Source: an uncultured bacterium
Lineage (GTDB): Bacteria; SAR324; NAC60-12
Length of the DNA stretch: 64,000 nt
Direction: 5' to 3'
Assembly (NCBI GenBank): GCA_965662845.1
Contig: CBFIJD010000006.1
Coordinates: forward strand, 42,641 to 106,640
Positions 9,604-20,469 of this stretch are shown piece after piece. Positions within the stretch are counted from its first letter, which is position 1; every line of letters starts with the position of its first letter. Under the pieces are notes generated by a model. It made no database searches. It was not told the DNA's origin and saw only the letters and a program-made list of their open reading frames with translations. Both the position numbers and the translations under genes were made by a program.

Positions 9604-10023
9604 TCAGGCACTTTGAGCGAGAGGATCTGCTGTGGAGACGGCGTTCAACGGGGAAGACGCCTTGTAGCGGTGAATCTCGGCAAAAACACGACGAATTTCC
9701 TGCGGGGAAAGCTCTTTCAACGAGGAATACTCGCTGTTCAACAAACGATTCAGGAACAACATCTGCTGCTCTTCAGAGCGATAGCCAAAGATTTTCAGTT
9801 GCTGCCGCAACACCTCAAAGACACGGGCGCTGATTTGTGGGGCGTCCGCGCTGCTTTCTCGGTGGCTCACAGTCTCTTTCGTGAGCGTGCGAAGCTCTTG
9901 GCGCAGCTCGACCTCTTTCGATAGCCTCGAAAAGCGCTTGCGTTCTCGAATGACCTCTACCACCACAATGAGCCCTGTAATCATCAGGGACACCAGGCAA
10001 AAGCCGAGCAAAATGGTCTCCAT
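9604..10023 (-). CDS. Hypothetical protein with N-terminal transmembrane anchor
   Basis: AGGAG RBS, hydrophobic N-terminal helix followed by a charged domain. Confidence 0.7.
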   Translation of the reverse strand: METILLGFCLVSLMITGLIVVVEVIRERKRFSRLSKEVELRQELRTLTKETVSHRESSADAPQISARVFEVLRQQLKIFGYRSEEQQMLFLNRLLNSEYSSLKELSPQEIRRVFAEIHRYKASSPLNAVSTADPLAQSA

Positions 10024-10242
10024 CGCTGACTCCTAAGCGTTTGAAAAGGAGAGAGAAAAATCATCCGTTCTTTTCTGCAAAAAAGAATTTGTTTCTGGAG
10101 TACAAAGCACAAAGCAGACCATCTGTTTTCTGATCTCTGTTGCCTCTCTGACAGAACTGGCCCCATCACTGCAAACCATTGCTCACACCTCGACTAAGGC
10201 GCATCCTCAGTACTCCCATGACTCCTTCGAACCGGTACTTGC

Positions 10243-11667
10243 TTGAAAAATAACACCATCTACGAGACGCCCGCGGTCCCCACTGCAGAGCCACGCAGCC
10301 ATGTGGATTTGCGCGGTCAGGCGCTACAGCTCGCGGGCAATTACCTTCGCAAAACCGAACTGGCTCCCACACTGCGCCGCAATCAGCAGCTCCAGAAATC
10401 CTTACTGACCGAATACGCCGGCAACTCGCCCAAAGACCAAGCCCTACTGCGCAAATGCTTGCAGGACGTCGACCTCCTCGGCATGCGCTTTATCATTCCC
10501 CGTCGGAAAGTAATGCTGTCGGTACACGAGGTGATGCGCCTGCTCGAGTTAGGCTTTCGATTTGGCAAAGTCGACCCCAAATTTGAGATCCGCTCTCAAG
10601 GGGAAAAGCGCAAACCCTACTACCACGGAGAACCCATTCCAGCACAAGACTGGGAACGCAAATTCGCTTGCGTGCTAAAACACAAACTCTGCTTGGAACT
10701 GCTGAAAGAATATCGCAACGCGCTAGAAGTCGTGGAGCATCACGTTCACGTCGCGATGAGCAACAAAAGCCACAACTCGTCGCTCAACAACATGCTGCGG
10801 CAACAGACCGAAGAGATGATGTTTCAGTTTCGCGTGCCCACCAAATTTGATCTACAAGATCCGCCGTTGATCCCTGCAGAAGAATCGCTCTTCACGAAAA
10901 ATCGCCAAGTGATGGAGTGCATGCTTACGGAAGCCGCCCGCGAGGCGCTTGAGAAACAAAAACAAGAGCAGCTCCCCTCGCTCTTCAACAAGGAGACTCT
11001 GCCCTCCGTGCAGGCCGTGCCGCATCACGTGCTGATCTTGCTCGACATCAGCGCCTCCACCTTCGAGAAAGAGATCTTCAAAGTCGCCAATCTGGCTTGT
11101 GCCGCGCTCTTGCGCACGCTGCATCATTATCTTCCTGAAGCAACCATTTCGGTTCTGCCTTACAGCGACTCCGCGCTCGGCCCCCTCACAGAGATCCAGA
11201 GCTTTATCGCGCCCGGTGGCACGACCGCCTATGATGAAGTCTTTGTCGCAGCCCAAAAACTCCTCGGCCCCGCCGACGGACACCGCGCAGTGATTCACAT
11301 CTCGGACGGCCTGCCGAACAGCATTGAAGATGCCCAGGAACAAGCCCTCCAGTTTCCTGCGCTCAACATCCGCTACGGCCAGATTATCTTCGGTCACACC
11401 AAACGAGTCAGTGACTTAGTCGACTACATCTTCGTCGATGAAGCGACGCCGCTTGGGCAATCTCGCGAAGAGACCCGCTATGAAAAATATGTCGCGCACT
11501 TTACCTCCGTCGCGCACGCCTCCGACGGTGAGCAGATCATCCTCTGGGTGATGCAGCATCTGGATGAAGCGATGATGGCGATGATGGATCTTTTCATTGG
11601 ACAATACTTCTTGCAGCACACGACGCCCACGCCAGAAACGAACGTAGCCACCTCTTTACCCTGCTAA
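10243..11667 (+). CDS. VWA-domain protein
   Basis: MIDAS DISAS, GGTT, HISDG in the C-terminal half; start codon uncertain. Confidence 0.8.
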   Translation: MKNNTIYETPAVPTAEPRSHVDLRGQALQLAGNYLRKTELAPTLRRNQQLQKSLLTEYAGNSPKDQALLRKCLQDVDLLGMRFIIPRRKVMLSVHEVMRLLELGFRFGKVDPKFEIRSQGEKRKPYYHGEPIPAQDWERKFACVLKHKLCLELLKEYRNALEVVEHHVHVAMSNKSHNSSLNNMLRQQTEEMMFQFRVPTKFDLQDPPLIPAEESLFTKNRQVMECMLTEAAREALEKQKQEQLPSLFNKETLPSVQAVPHHVLILLDISASTFEKEIFKVANLACAALLRTLHHYLPEATISVLPYSDSALGPLTEIQSFIAPGGTTAYDEVFVAAQKLLGPADGHRAVIHISDGLPNSIEDAQEQALQFPALNIRYGQIIFGHTKRVSDLVDYIFVDEATPLGQSREETRYEKYVAHFTSVAHASDGEQIILWVMQHLDEAMMAMMDLFIGQYFLQHTTPTPETNVATSLPC

Positions 11668-11697
11668 CGCCTTTTCTCCACACCAGCCAAACTCGAC

Positions 11698-14034
11698 ATG
11701 AAAATACCGGTTGATGAACTCCCTGAGGTCGTGCGTGAAGAACTTTCCCTCTTAGAACGCATTCGACAAGGCGCGCTCACCGAACAAAGCGAAGACTCCG
11801 ATCCCAACTATTACAATGACATCATCGAACTGCGCGATGCGCTCGGCGAAGCGCACCCAGAAGACGTGCCCGCATTAACCACCCAAATTGAGCAACTCAT
11901 TCTGCTCTCTAAGCAACAAGACGAACGCAGCAACCGCGCGCGCGTCTTCAACTGGCAAACGCCCTATTTCGCCCACATGCGCCTAGAAGAGCAGGGGCGC
12001 ACCCGCGATCTCTTGCTCGGCAATCAAAACTTTTTCTCTGCCCATTTGCCCTGCCCCATTGTGGACTGGAAAAATGCACCGGTGAGCCAGATTTTCTATC
12101 GTTATCAAGAAGATGAAGAATACGTCGAGGAGCTGGGCGGGCGAGAAGTGGAGGGCATCCTGCGCTTGCGACGTCTCGTGCGTGTCGAAAACGGTGTGCT
12201 CCGCAGTGTGAACTCGCCGCAAGGCATTTGGCTTTTCGAAGAGGGACAATGGTTCCAATGGCAACACAAACCTGCGCGCCTACAGGGAGGGAGCGGCAGC
12301 GCACAACGCCCAGAAGCGCAGGCCGATCATTATCGCATTGACAAGCACCTCCCCCAAATCACCGCGCTCATTGACGAAAAGCAGTTTGAAATCATCACAC
12401 AGCCTCATTCCGGCGTGATCCTCATTCAGGGCGGCGCAGGTTCTGGCAAAACGACGGTCGCGCTGCACCGACTCGCCTATCTGATGAGCCAGAAGCCGCA
12501 GTATTACACCTCCGGCTCCGTTCTCCCGATTGTCTTCAACCGCGCGCTCGCGAACTACATCAGTAAGATCTTGCCTTCATTGGGCATTCAAGGCGTCGAA
12601 GCTCGCGTTTATCAAGAATGGGTCGGACGCCAACGGCAACGCTTATTCTCCGAGCTGCCACAGCGCTATGCCGACAACACCCCTGTGCGCGTGATTGAGT
12701 TCAAGCGTAGCCCAGCGCTGCTGCATTGGTTTCGTCATGAATTGCAACGACGCTTGACGGAATTTAGCGCACAGCTCACGTCGCAGCTCGGCCCCCTGCA
12801 GCTCGGCCAGCACGCCCCACAAGTTTGGGAACTCTCGGCCCAGCAGACGCCTGTAGACCGCTTACGACATCTGCATCGCTGGGCCTGTGGGCGTGAGGAC
12901 GTTGCGGGGTTTCCTTCGGGACACAGCGGCCCTTTGTCACAGAAACTCGAACGCTTGATCGAGGATTGGTTCCCAGGCGTGCTGGAACAGCCACAGTTTC
13001 TCGCCCTCCACCTCTGGAACGACGGGCTGATTCGACGTCCTCAGCTGCAAGAAGCCGTAGACCTCTTCGCGCCCAAGAGCTTCTCGACAACACAGTTGGA
13101 CGACATTTGGAGTTGGAACGTCCGCTGTTATCAACGCAGACAAACCATCATTGCCGCCCACAGTGAGTCCGCCGAAGAAGGGAACGAGACCATTTTTGAC
13201 AGTGAGCGCAGCCGCAGCGACGAGCTCCCCACCTTGGATGAAGAAGACGACACCCTGCTGCTGTTGCTCTACCAAATGACGGTCGGTCCTTTGCGCGGCA
13301 AGAAAAATCGCCTGCTGGAGTTCGCCCATTTGCTCATTGATGAAGTCCAAGACTTCAGCACACCGGAGCTTCAGCTGCTCCTCTCTCTCACGCCTCCCAA
13401 GCGCAGAAGCGTCACCTTGGCCGGAGACATGGACCAGAAAATTTTGACGGGCAACCGCTACACGGACTGGAGTTCGATGTTAGACGAGTTACAGGTTGAG
13501 GTCACCGCGATGGAGCCGCTGACGGTGGGCTACCGATCCACCCACGAAATCATGGGCGTCGCCAAGCACGTGATTGGTCCGCTGAGTGTCAACACTGTTT
13601 GGGAGGCGGTGCGGCATGGAGCGCCCGTCGAACGGTTCGCGTTCCAACATCCGGGTGCCTTAGTCGCTTTTTTAGTGGAGAGCGTAGGAAGCTTATTGAG
13701 GAGGGAGCCCTCTGCCAGCATCGCTGTGCTGAGCCGAGAACTTTCCGAAGCACGAAAGATTTTTGAACAATTTGAACGCGCCGATCTGCCTAGCGTCCGC
13801 TTCATTGCAGACCAGGAATTTCCCTTTCGTCCAGGAGTCGAGGTCACGAACATTGCGCAGACGAAGGGCCTTGAGTTCGACTATGTCATCCTCACCGACG
13901 TGGACGCTTCCACCTATGGACCCGATGACAAATCGCGACATCTGCTCTACGTTGGCGTCACACGCGCAGCGCACCAGCTCTGGTTACTCCACTGCGGTAA
14001 CCCATCGGCCCTCCTTCCGGAGTCGCTCCTCTGA
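11698..14034 (+). CDS. HelD-like superfamily 1 (UvrD-family) ATPase/helicase
   Basis: PYFA, IVDWKNAP, QGGAGSGKTTVALHRLAYL, IDEVQD, AGDMDQ, YRST, KGLEFD, LYVGVTRA. Confidence 0.88.
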   Translation: MKIPVDELPEVVREELSLLERIRQGALTEQSEDSDPNYYNDIIELRDALGEAHPEDVPALTTQIEQLILLSKQQDERSNRARVFNWQTPYFAHMRLEEQGRTRDLLLGNQNFFSAHLPCPIVDWKNAPVSQIFYRYQEDEEYVEELGGREVEGILRLRRLVRVENGVLRSVNSPQGIWLFEEGQWFQWQHKPARLQGGSGSAQRPEAQADHYRIDKHLPQITALIDEKQFEIITQPHSGVILIQGGAGSGKTTVALHRLAYLMSQKPQYYTSGSVLPIVFNRALANYISKILPSLGIQGVEARVYQEWVGRQRQRLFSELPQRYADNTPVRVIEFKRSPALLHWFRHELQRRLTEFSAQLTSQLGPLQLGQHAPQVWELSAQQTPVDRLRHLHRWACGREDVAGFPSGHSGPLSQKLERLIEDWFPGVLEQPQFLALHLWNDGLIRRPQLQEAVDLFAPKSFSTTQLDDIWSWNVRCYQRRQTIIAAHSESAEEGNETIFDSERSRSDELPTLDEEDDTLLLLLYQMTVGPLRGKKNRLLEFAHLLIDEVQDFSTPELQLLLSLTPPKRRSVTLAGDMDQKILTGNRYTDWSSMLDELQVEVTAMEPLTVGYRSTHEIMGVAKHVIGPLSVNTVWEAVRHGAPVERFAFQHPGALVAFLVESVGSLLRREPSASIAVLSRELSEARKIFEQFERADLPSVRFIADQEFPFRPGVEVTNIAQTKGLEFDYVILTDVDASTYGPDDKSRHLLYVGVTRAAHQLWLLHCGNPSALLPESLL

Positions 14035-17000
14035 GGTTGGGCGGTTGACCCCCATCAGGCGTGGGAACAAGCGCACTTCTCGCGCTTGTGCAGGCGCCGG
14101 CAGTGGCAAATAAACCGTCCCTCGCGGCTCGTCGGTCTTCTCTTCAGCGGGAAGCACGCCGCTATCTAAGCGCACAGCGACCGGTGACGTCGTCGCGTAT
14201 GCAGGCAGGATCCGCTCCCCCTCTCTGCGCAAATTAGGATAGTAGATGCGCAGCCGCTCTTGGTATTTTCGAGTACCGATCAAGTGATACGCGATGCGTG
14301 ACCAGACAGGCAACGCCCCACTAGACCCCGTCAACCGGAAGCGTCGCTTGGTCTTTCCCACATCTCCAGGGCGATCTGAGCCTACATAGACCGCGATGGT
14401 GTAGCCGCCCTGCGACTGCATGCCGGCCCCAGTGGGGATCGGCAAGTGACCCACATAGGTCGCATTCGAGTAGTTGTTCGCGGTTCCCGTCTTGCCTAGC
14501 GCGGGGATGCGGGCGCTGACAGACTCTCCGTTCTCCAGCGTCACCTCGGTCTTCAGATAACGCTTTGCGCTGCGCCCAGTTCCATACTCCACCACGGAGC
14601 GCATGATCTCTTGCAGAGCTTGATTTGTTTGCGGATCCATCACGTCTCTGCGCTCTGTAGGCGCTTCATACAGGGTACGGCCCTCGGCGTCATTAATCCG
14701 CTCAATCAACGACCATTGATTTTGGGATTTGTCTGGTGTGTGAATGCTGCCGGTCGCCAGCGCTTGGTAGAGCAACACCAAATCCTGCAGCGTCACTTCA
14801 TTTGACCCCAACGGGAAAGACATCACCGGCAGCAACGGGCTTTCAATCCCAAGTTCCCGCCCAACCCGCATCACCGTCTGCAGCGCGAGCAATTGTCGAA
14901 AATCGTGGTTCCAATACAAGCGAGCCGCAGAGTAAGGTTCTTGCTGCAAGACTTCTTGCTGTCGCTGTTGAATCAGATCTTCCAAGGCTTGCACCAAAGA
15001 AGCGCGGATTTTGCCGTGCAGCCAAATGTTTGAAGGCGCAAACAGCCGCTCGCGTTGCTCTGGACTCCAGACTTGGTTATAGAGCCTAAAGCGATAAGCG
15101 GTGAGCGGTAGCCACTCGCCGGATAAGTCTCTTGGGCTGAGCGCATAGGCCAGCCTTGGGACCGACGCGCTGGCGTAAGGGTCTAGTTGCAGGGCGCTCT
15201 CGTGCACATAGAAAGAGCGCAGCAAGTCGTCGCGCACATCCGCATCCGAAGCGAACGTGTCGTTGACAAAAGCGTCTTCCACATAAGGCAGCCGGGAGCG
15301 CAGCTGGGCTTGTAGTTCTTGCAAGCGCAGGAAGTTGTGTTCTAGCAATTCTCTTTCTTTGCGTGCTCGGACGGAACCGGAGCGCAGGCGTTTGCGCACT
15401 TCCGTGCGCCAGTTTCGGCCGTGATATAAGTTGCGTAAGTGGAGCTCTTCTTCCGCAGGTGAGAACGCAGTATTCGCCAATAGCTCTTGGCGCGCGACTT
15501 CTAACAAATAGGGCTGCATCCGATATTGCGTGTCAATAATCCCCAGCGCATCGCGTAAGCGCGCAATGTACGCATCGCGGCTCTCATCGCGTTGGCGATT
15601 GAGCTGTGTCATCTCCATCAATCGCTCAAACTGCTCCAGATTCACGTGATCTAGCAGATGCTCTAGGAGATAAATGCTAGCCAAGTTTTCAGACTTCGCG
15701 CCGGCCCAGAGCATGCTGCTGAGACGCGCCGGCGGCGTGTGATCGGGCTTGGGGATATAAACCTCCCCCTGCCACTGATACACTCGGTATTCATTGGGTA
15801 GCGGCTCCAACGGATTCCAGCCCAGTTCCAAGGCGACCATGTATAGCAGCAGCTTGAAGGTCGACCCCGGCTGTCGATATGCTTGCATCGCGCGGTTGAA
15901 ACCTCGCTGTTCGAACCCGCCCACAAAGGCTCGCACTTTCCCTTCTTGCAGCACAAAGACCCCACCATCTAACGACGGTTGCTGCTCAATGCTCGCTTGC
16001 CATACGCCGTTCGGTTCTTCTTGTTGGTGCAACGCAACAAACACAGCGTCTCCCACTTTGATCTGCTCCAAGGCCTTCTGAAAATCCTGCTCTCGCAGGC
16101 GCGGTCGGTTACGGGGGAGCACACGTCGCACAAACTCTTCCAGCAGCACCCCTTTGACTTCTGCCGGGATGTTCCCAATCAGCACTCGCACCGTGGGCTG
16201 ATCACCGAGCGCAATGTCTTCAATGCGTCCTGTATAAAAACTTCCCGCATTGAGGCTGCGCACCGCGCGCTCTGGTTCTGTGGAGGGAGGAGCGTAGCCG
16301 TTCCGTTGAAACTCAATTCGTGAGAGGTGGCGACGCAACTCAAACTCGGCAATGTATTGCAAGCGCGGATCTAGAGTCGTGTAAATGTTGAGCTGGCCTT
16401 GATCCACGGCCGCGGCCCCATGCTGCTGAAGCAGTGAACGAAACGGCTCTTGGTTCATTTGCTGGCGGACGACTTCAATCTGGTGGTTGTCTTGATAGCG
16501 GAAAGAACCTCGGCGAAAGGCAACCAAATTTTCGGCTGCCGCGAGATATTCATCTTCACTGATGTAATCCATCAGCAGCATATTCCTGAGAACGTAGTCG
16601 CGTCGCTCGGTGGCGCGTTCCACAATGCGTTGTCTTTCTTCAGGATTTTGGGTGCGGAATGGATTGTAGTTAGCGGGGCCTTTGACCGATCCAGCAATGA
16701 ACGCCGTCTCAGAGAGCGTCAGCTCCGAGACGTTTTTGTCAAAATAGTAGCGCGCAGCGATTGCCAAGCCTTGTCCGGTCCCGTGCACATGGAACAGATT
16801 CGCATAAAACTCTAGGATGTCACGCTTGCTGTAGCGTGCTTCTAGGCGGAGCGCGTCTAGGGTTTCAATCAGCTTCTGCGTCCAACGATTCTCCCCTTGC
16901 TCAGGGCGGTGTTCAAAGAGCAGCTCTGAGGTCTGCTGCGTCAGCGTGCTGCCCCCTTGCACCACGCGTCCAGCCTGCACATTGGCGACCATCGCGCGGA

Positions 17001-17361
17001 GAATTCCCACCGGATCCACACCGATGTGCTGATAAAAAGATTGATCTTCACTCGCAATAATGGCTTGGAAAAACGCCTCGGGGATCACAGAGTCGGGGTC
17101 GGACTCAATGCGCGTGGGTTGGCTGGCTTGGAGATAAAAAAGGTGGGCGCGATCGTAAAAGGCCCCAAGCTTGGTGCGTTGATCGCGATAATAGACCGTC
17201 GTCTCCGTGAGCAACCGCTGACGGATTTCTGTGCGCTCCAAGTGCTCGGCTGGCGCCCAAAACACGAGGTAGCCGAGCGTCGCCGTTCCCGCGAGCAAAC
17301 ATAGATTGACAACTGTGATCACCCCAAACCAGAGTTGGGGAGCGCGTCGTGATTTGGACAA
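13984..17361 (-). CDS. Class A penicillin-binding protein (PBP1A-like), enlarged
   Basis: TM anchor, transglycosylase motifs SED..FY.H.G and QGGSTLTQQ, transpeptidase STFK, SEN and KTGT motifs. Confidence 0.9.
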   Translation of the reverse strand: MSKSRRAPQLWFGVITVVNLCLLAGTATLGYLVFWAPAEHLERTEIRQRLLTETTVYYRDQRTKLGAFYDRAHLFYLQASQPTRIESDPDSVIPEAFFQAIIASEDQSFYQHIGVDPVGILRAMVANVQAGRVVQGGSTLTQQTSELLFEHRPEQGENRWTQKLIETLDALRLEARYSKRDILEFYANLFHVHGTGQGLAIAARYYFDKNVSELTLSETAFIAGSVKGPANYNPFRTQNPEERQRIVERATERRDYVLRNMLLMDYISEDEYLAAAENLVAFRRGSFRYQDNHQIEVVRQQMNQEPFRSLLQQHGAAAVDQGQLNIYTTLDPRLQYIAEFELRRHLSRIEFQRNGYAPPSTEPERAVRSLNAGSFYTGRIEDIALGDQPTVRVLIGNIPAEVKGVLLEEFVRRVLPRNRPRLREQDFQKALEQIKVGDAVFVALHQQEEPNGVWQASIEQQPSLDGGVFVLQEGKVRAFVGGFEQRGFNRAMQAYRQPGSTFKLLLYMVALELGWNPLEPLPNEYRVYQWQGEVYIPKPDHTPPARLSSMLWAGAKSENLASIYLLEHLLDHVNLEQFERLMEMTQLNRQRDESRDAYIARLRDALGIIDTQYRMQPYLLEVARQELLANTAFSPAEEELHLRNLYHGRNWRTEVRKRLRSGSVRARKERELLEHNFLRLQELQAQLRSRLPYVEDAFVNDTFASDADVRDDLLRSFYVHESALQLDPYASASVPRLAYALSPRDLSGEWLPLTAYRFRLYNQVWSPEQRERLFAPSNIWLHGKIRASLVQALEDLIQQRQQEVLQQEPYSAARLYWNHDFRQLLALQTVMRVGRELGIESPLLPVMSFPLGSNEVTLQDLVLLYQALATGSIHTPDKSQNQWSLIERINDAEGRTLYEAPTERRDVMDPQTNQALQEIMRSVVEYGTGRSAKRYLKTEVTLENGESVSARIPALGKTGTANNYSNATYVGHLPIPTGAGMQSQGGYTIAVYVGSDRPGDVGKTKRRFRLTGSSGALPVWSRIAYHLIGTRKYQERLRIYYPNLRREGERILPAYATTSPVAVRLDSGVLPAEEKTDEPRGTVYLPLPAPAQAREVRLFPRLMGVNRPTSEERLRKEGRWVTAVE

Positions 17362-17370
17362 GGATAGGGA

Positions 17371-17721
17371 CTAGGGAGACGAAAAATCGTTGGCGTAAAT
17401 TTGATCGCTCTTGGCGGCCATAATGAAGTCACTCTCGACGAGGCCGTCAATCGCGTGGGTAAAATAAGTCAAGCGAACGCGGCGCACCGTCAACCACAGA
17501 TCTGGGTGGTGCCCTTCTGACTCGGCCAACGCCGCAATTTGATTCGTAAAGGCCAGCGCTTGCGCGTAGTTCGCAAAAGCGTAGTCTTTTTCAAGATGAT
17601 GGTCGTTCACGAGCCGCCACCCCTGTTCGAGCTCTTTGTGCAGGTCTTGCAGTTGCTCTCCAGAGAGCGGTGGAACGCCGCCTTGGCACGGTACACATTT
17701 TTTGTTCAGCAATTCGCTCAT
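17371..17721 (-). CDS. Pterin-4a-carbinolamine dehydratase
   Basis: CVPCQGGVPPL, AESEGHHPD, THAIDGL...DFIMAAK. Confidence 0.95.
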   Translation of the reverse strand: MSELLNKKCVPCQGGVPPLSGEQLQDLHKELEQGWRLVNDHHLEKDYAFANYAQALAFTNQIAALAESEGHHPDLWLTVRRVRLTYFTHAIDGLVESDFIMAAKSDQIYANDFSSP

Positions 17722-17826
17722 CTTCTACCTCCTTCTGCAAATATTAGTCCGACGCTGCTATGATTCGCTATTTTTAGCATTGTGACGCTCCGCATCTCGA
17801 AGCACAACCCCTCTCTGAGAACCCGC

Positions 17827-18675
17827 ATGCGACCTCAATCTCACTACGTCATCTGCTGTGAACGAGAACTGCACATTGAAGAGTGGAACCCAAACGCTCC
17901 GCACACTCTGATTTTGTGGCACGGGCTTGCCCGAACAGGGCGAGACTTTGACTCCCTCGCGGCGCAGCTTGCTGCCGACTATCGCTTGTTGGTACCCGAC
18001 ACGCTGGGGCGTGGTCGCTCGCAGTGGGCCACCGATCCGCTGAGGGAATACACAGCCGCGTTTTATCTGCAACAAGTGGCCGAACTGCTGGCCCATTTCG
18101 GAATAGAGCGGTGCGGTTGGCTGGGGACTTCGATGGGAGGCTTACTAGGAATGGTACTCGCAGCGACCACTCTGGCAGATCGACTGGACGGCTTAGTGCT
18201 CAACGACATTGGCCCCGAATTGCCCAGAGACGCGTTGCAGCGTATTGGGCGCTATGTTGCCAACCCTCCGCAGTTTGAGACGTTTTCGGAGCTGCAACAG
18301 TACTTTCAGGGGGTCTATGAACCTTTTGGCGCTCTCGACAAAGAGGAGTGGCATGCGCTGGCTGTGGCTTCGGCGCGGCGCACTGACGATGGCAAATGGA
18401 CACCCCACTATGACCCACGCATTGCGGAACCGCTGGCAGATGCTCCTGCTGGCGGCCATTTATGGGAGATGTATGACCAAATCCAATGTCGAACTCTGCT
18501 CATCCGCGGCGAGAATTCTGACTTATTAACCACAGACGTGGCTCAGCAAATGACGGAGCGAGGCCCCCAAGCCCAACTTTGGGTCATTCCAGATTGTGGT
18601 CACGCGCCTTATCTCAACACACAGGAGCAGATCGAGTTGATCAAAGCGTTCTGGGCCGGAGTCTACAAGGTGTAA
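17827..18675 (+). CDS. Alpha/beta fold hydrolase
   Basis: WHGLAR, GRGRS, GTSMGG nucleophile elbow, GENSD, GHAP. Confidence 0.92.
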   Translation: MRPQSHYVICCERELHIEEWNPNAPHTLILWHGLARTGRDFDSLAAQLAADYRLLVPDTLGRGRSQWATDPLREYTAAFYLQQVAELLAHFGIERCGWLGTSMGGLLGMVLAATTLADRLDGLVLNDIGPELPRDALQRIGRYVANPPQFETFSELQQYFQGVYEPFGALDKEEWHALAVASARRTDDGKWTPHYDPRIAEPLADAPAGGHLWEMYDQIQCRTLLIRGENSDLLTTDVAQQMTERGPQAQLWVIPDCGHAPYLNTQEQIELIKAFWAGVYKV

Positions 18676-18687
18676 CTTCGCCGGATT

Positions 18688-20469
18688 TCAGCTCCAGTCA
18701 CACGCCGCTTGGAGCCACGCTCTCTCCGCTTCATTCTCTAGCAGGGGCGCGATCTCTTCCCAGACACGGGCGTGATAATCGCGCAACCACTGCCAGTCCT
18801 CATCACGCAACCGCTCTGTTTGCACCAGTCGACGTTCAAACGGTATCAGCGTCAGGGCATCGAAGCGCAACCATCGCTTGCCATCAGGGTGTGGCGGATG
18901 GTCCTCCGCAGGCAGCACCGCATACAGGTTTTCTAGCCGAATCCCCCCCCAACCAGTGCGATAGTAGCCAGGCTCGTTCGAAATGATCATTCCGGCCTGA
19001 AAACCAACCTCGCCCGCAAAGCCTGAAATCCGTTGAGGCCCCTCGTGCACTCCTAAGAAGGCTCCCACACCGTGTCCGGTTCCGTGCCCAAAATCCAAGC
19101 CGGCATTCCAGAGGTGCGTGCGCGCAATCCCATCCAGCACCGCTCCGTTTGTTTTTTCAGGGAAGATTTGTCGCGCGAGCTGCATGTGAGCTTGGAGCAC
19201 CAGCGTGTAGCAGCGACGTTGCTCTTCGCTAGGATTTCCGGTCACAAGCGTGCGGGTCGCGTCGGTAGTGCCGCCTCCACACTGAATCCCCGAATCCACC
19301 AACAGAAGCTCCCCATCGGTCAGGATCTTCTCTGCGCTCGGATTCCCATAATGAACAATCGCTGCGTTCGCCCCGGCCCCTGCGATGGTCTCAAAGCTGA
19401 GATCTACAAATTCAGGACGCGCCGCGTAACACTCACGTAACCAATCCGCGTACTGTCGCTCGCTGACGGCCATTCCTCTCTGCTGAGCCTGCTGCAGACG
19501 CACAAAGCTCTGAATTTTTCCAGCCGCAGCTTGTCGATGCGCAAAGCGTATGCGCGCTAATTCCACTTCATTTTTCACAGCTCGTGGCCAAATGACAGGG
19601 CTCTCTTTCTCTAACACTGTGGCCTCCTGCTGCTCGAACATTTGCAGCGTTCCCATGGTGACCCCTTGGGGATCTAACCACACGCGGGCCTCGGCTTGTG
19701 TCGCGAGTTCTTTGACCACAGATGGATATTCTGCATACGCCAGGAACGTCCATTCGGGTAAGCTCGCTGCGACCTCAGCTTCGGGAAAATGCGTGAAACA
19801 GATGGCTTGATCACTGGAGATGAGGGCATAGGCCTCAAAGACCGGATTGCAGGGGATGTCGCTTCCACGCAAATTCATCAGCCACGCGATCTCATCCAGC
19901 TGAGTCAGCAAGACGTGCGTCGCTTTCGCCCGCTTTAGCTCGGCGCGCAGCTCTGTCAACTTTTGCGTAACCGAGCGTCCGGTCCACTCTAGCGGGAGAG
20001 CGTAAGGAGGTTTTTGAAACGCCTCGCTGTGTTCTCGGAGTTGATCGACCCAGTTGCCTGCAAGAGGCACCAATTCCGAACCACTCTCTTGCAGAGCGGT
20101 GCGCCACTTGCGCCATGTGCGCGGGCTCACAGTGAATGGATCCACCCCAAAGCGCTGCCCTGCCGGCTGAGATTGCAACCACTCTGGCAAATCCAGCACA
20201 CCAGCCAAACCCAGCTTCTGAATTTCAAACGTAGCGCTGCATTGCTCTTCAGCCTGGATGTGGTAGCGCGAGTCCACAAACAGTTGCGGTCTCCCGTCAC
20301 GCAGCACCACCGCGGTCCCAGCTGACCCTGTAAAGCCACTCGCAGCCTCCAAGCGCCGGCGCGCGGGTGGGACGTATTCGTTCAGATGCTCATCCGTTGT
20401 CGGGACTAAATAACCATGCAGATCCAATTGTGAAAGCTGACGGCGCAGCGAATCCAGCAGCTGAGACAT
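18688..20469 (-). CDS. Xaa-Pro aminopeptidase (M24B, long form)
   Basis: DEHLNEY, GFTGSAG, DSG...TTDATRT, GHGTGHGVG, VHEGP, NEPGYY, GIRLEN. Confidence 0.95.
   Translation of the reverse strand: MSQLLDSLRRQLSQLDLHGYLVPTTDEHLNEYVPPARRRLEAASGFTGSAGTAVVLRDGRPQLFVDSRYHIQAEEQCSATFEIQKLGLAGVLDLPEWLQSQPAGQRFGVDPFTVSPRTWRKWRTALQESGSELVPLAGNWVDQLREHSEAFQKPPYALPLEWTGRSVTQKLTELRAELKRAKATHVLLTQLDEIAWLMNLRGSDIPCNPVFEAYALISSDQAICFTHFPEAEVAASLPEWTFLAYAEYPSVVKELATQAEARVWLDPQGVTMGTLQMFEQQEATVLEKESPVIWPRAVKNEVELARIRFAHRQAAAGKIQSFVRLQQAQQRGMAVSERQYADWLRECYAARPEFVDLSFETIAGAGANAAIVHYGNPSAEKILTDGELLLVDSGIQCGGGTTDATRTLVTGNPSEEQRRCYTLVLQAHMQLARQIFPEKTNGAVLDGIARTHLWNAGLDFGHGTGHGVGAFLGVHEGPQRISGFAGEVGFQAGMIISNEPGYYRTGWGGIRLENLYAVLPAEDHPPHPDGKRWLRFDALTLIPFERRLVQTERLRDEDWQWLRDYHARVWEEIAPLLENEAERAWLQAACDWS

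Noticed and set aside
14870..15660. Intein in the PBP
   Set aside because: No C/S...HN-C/S/T splice motifs or LAGLIDADG blocks are visible.
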